Assembly: GCA_030390025.1 (NCBI GenBank)
Contig: CM059432.1
Location: forward strand, 23,624,001-23,688,000
Source: Squalus acanthias
Taxonomy: Eukaryota
Reading direction: 5' to 3'
Length of the DNA: 64,000 bases
Under the pieces are notes generated by a model, which was given only the letters and a program-made list of their open reading frames with translations, was not told the DNA's origin and searched no databases. Shown piece by piece: positions 62,150 through 64,000 of the stretch; within the stretch, counting starts at the first letter, position 1; every line of letters begins with the position of its first letter. A program made the translations under genes and the position numbers.

Positions 62150-62560
62150 TCGCTCGTATCCATTGCTTTTTGTGGAGTTGCTGTATAAGCTGTTGGTCAG
62201 AGCCCATTTGGCGTATTGTGTGCAGTTCCGGGTATGTTATCAAAGGGTATTGCTGCCCATGAAAAGGTACAGAGGTGAACAACAGCAGTGACTTAGGGTA
62301 TCGGGAATTTAACTTCTGAGGAAAGGTTAAGGAAGTTGGGCTTGTTGATTTTGCAAAAAGAGGGGTCTCTGAGATTATCTAAGTAAAGTTTTCGAGTTTA
62401 CGAAGGCAATTCACAAACTTTCAAGTACATTTCTCAATAAAATGAGGTATTCAAATACCAAGGGACGCAAGTTTAAAATTCAGAAGGTGGGAATTAGAAG
62501 GTAAGTGAGGCAGATCTTTTTCACCCAAAAGGTAATCGAGTTGTGGAATAAGTTACTACG
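62150..62560 (+). mobile_element. strongly decayed CR1 3' fragment
   Basis: Eroded RPHLEYCVQF-like and FFTQRV..WN-like segments. Confidence 0.55.
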
Positions 62561-62564
62561 ATCG

Positions 62565-63050
62565 TAATCACATTTATACAGCACTCTTCGTGTAAAAGAA
62601 TATCTGAATGTTTTACAAAGGATTGAGATGGACATCAGGCTAGAAATGAGGCAATTTGAGTGAGAGGGAGGAGAGAAGAGGGTCCAATGGCGCAATCGGG
62701 AGCGTAGATTTGTATTAAGACTTTTGAAGGTGGGGAGAAAAGTAAAAAGCAGGGTGGATTAGGGAGAGAATTTCAGAGGGCAGGTGTGTAATCGCAGAAA
62801 TATTGGTCTCTAATAGTGGAATAGGGAGCCCGCAATAATCCAAAGTCACAGGAATATAGGTAGTGGTCTAGGATGTACGGCAGTGCATCACCAGGTTCAG
62901 TCTGAGTGAGCAGTTAGGCAGGTCAATGGATTCAAAATTCAATAAATTGTGAAACCTGAACAGGTGTCTTCAGTTTTGCTGGTGTTCAGCTGTAAGAAAT
63001 AGTGATTTGTCCGGCACTTGATGTCGGACAGTCAGATAGTACAAGTGCAA
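62565..63050 (-). mobile_element. L2 3' fragment, inverted
   Basis: CATTTATACAGCAC inverted tail; TTTAGGGAGAGAATTTCAGAG is the reverse complement of the L2 WNSLP region. Confidence 0.6.
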
Positions 63051-63057
63051 ATAGCTC

Positions 63058-64000
63058 TTGGATTTCTTCTTCACCAAGATAAAGACCATCCATTACGCTT
63101 CTTCAGCTGCTTCCCACTTCCCCTTCCTCTCCAGTCCAAACTCTTCAGTCCCCCGCTACCTTAGCCCTCATCTCCTGCCTCTCTCTAGTTTCTCTCCCCT
63201 TACCCCTATGACCTTTCCAAGCTCATCTCCATGAGATCCCTCAACACCATTCAAACTAAACTCCAAAGCACTCAGCTTCCCTTCCCGGTCCCCATGCTAG
63301 CTGACATTGTAAATGGTTACCTCACCTCAAACGCTTTCCCCCTACCTTTGAAAACTGCCATCATCCTCGCCTCCTCAAAAAACCCGCGTCCTAGCGAACT
63401 AATGCCTGAACTACAACCTCCCTTTCCTCGCTAAGATCCTTGAATATGTTGTCGCCTCCCAGATACGTGCTCAGTTTGAATCTCTCCAGCTTTCTATCCC
63501 CTCCACAGCACTGAAACAACCTTAACTGAAGAATGAATGCCATTCTCTGTGACTGTGATCATGGTACATTATCTCTCCTCATTCTCTCTGCAACCTTTGA
63601 CATAGTTGATCACTCCTCCAATGCCTGTCCTCCGTTGTCCAGCTTGGCAGGACTGTTCTCACCTGGTTCACTCTTGCCTATCCGATTGTATATCAGAACA
63701 CCTCTAGCAATGGCTTCTCTTCCCACCCCACACTGTCACTATGAGAGTCCCCCAAAGATCTGTCCTTGGCCCCCACATCTCCCTTATCTACATGCTGCCT
63801 TTAGCAACATCATCCACAGACATGCCATCAACTTCTACACAAATGCTGATGGCATGCAGTTCTACTTCTTCACTACCTCTCTCAACCTTCCACTGCCTCT
63901 TGTGTTGTCAGTTTGCTTGTCCAATATCCAGTTTTGGATGAGCTGTAATTTCCTCAAATTGAACCTTGTCTCTCGTCACAAGCTCTGCACCTTGCCACTC
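63058..64000 (+). mobile_element. decayed L2 LINE RT region
   Basis: LADIVNGYL..FPLPLKTAII, HSTET, SATFDIVDH and RVPQRSVLGP motifs. Confidence 0.85.

Overview
Eukaryotic, repeat-dominated vertebrate DNA with no recognisable host protein-coding gene, so most likely a large intron or intergenic region. The repeat content (abundant CR1-type and L2 LINE fragments, Deu-domain and other tRNA-headed SINEs, PIF/Harbinger relics, Penelope-like pLTR relics) suggests a cartilaginous fish, probably a shark (inference). Main contents: about a dozen decayed CR1 copies, some nested; a nearly intact 2.38 kb Tigger/pogo DD32D transposon with TA duplications; a HARBI1-like transposase pseudogene and a set of GC-rich Harbinger-type non-autonomous elements with 3-bp duplications; a 227-bp TG..CA solo LTR with a CTCF-like site; and two large low-complexity arrays (G-rich 28-mer; CA/CCCCATA). 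The most notable signal is three ~180-215 bp palindromic, target-site-duplicated Penelope-like mini-elements built around minimal hammerhead ribozyme motifs. A second is a two-copy ~650 bp chimeric element that ends exactly at an L2 tail. All coordinates were counted by eye and no database searches were run.
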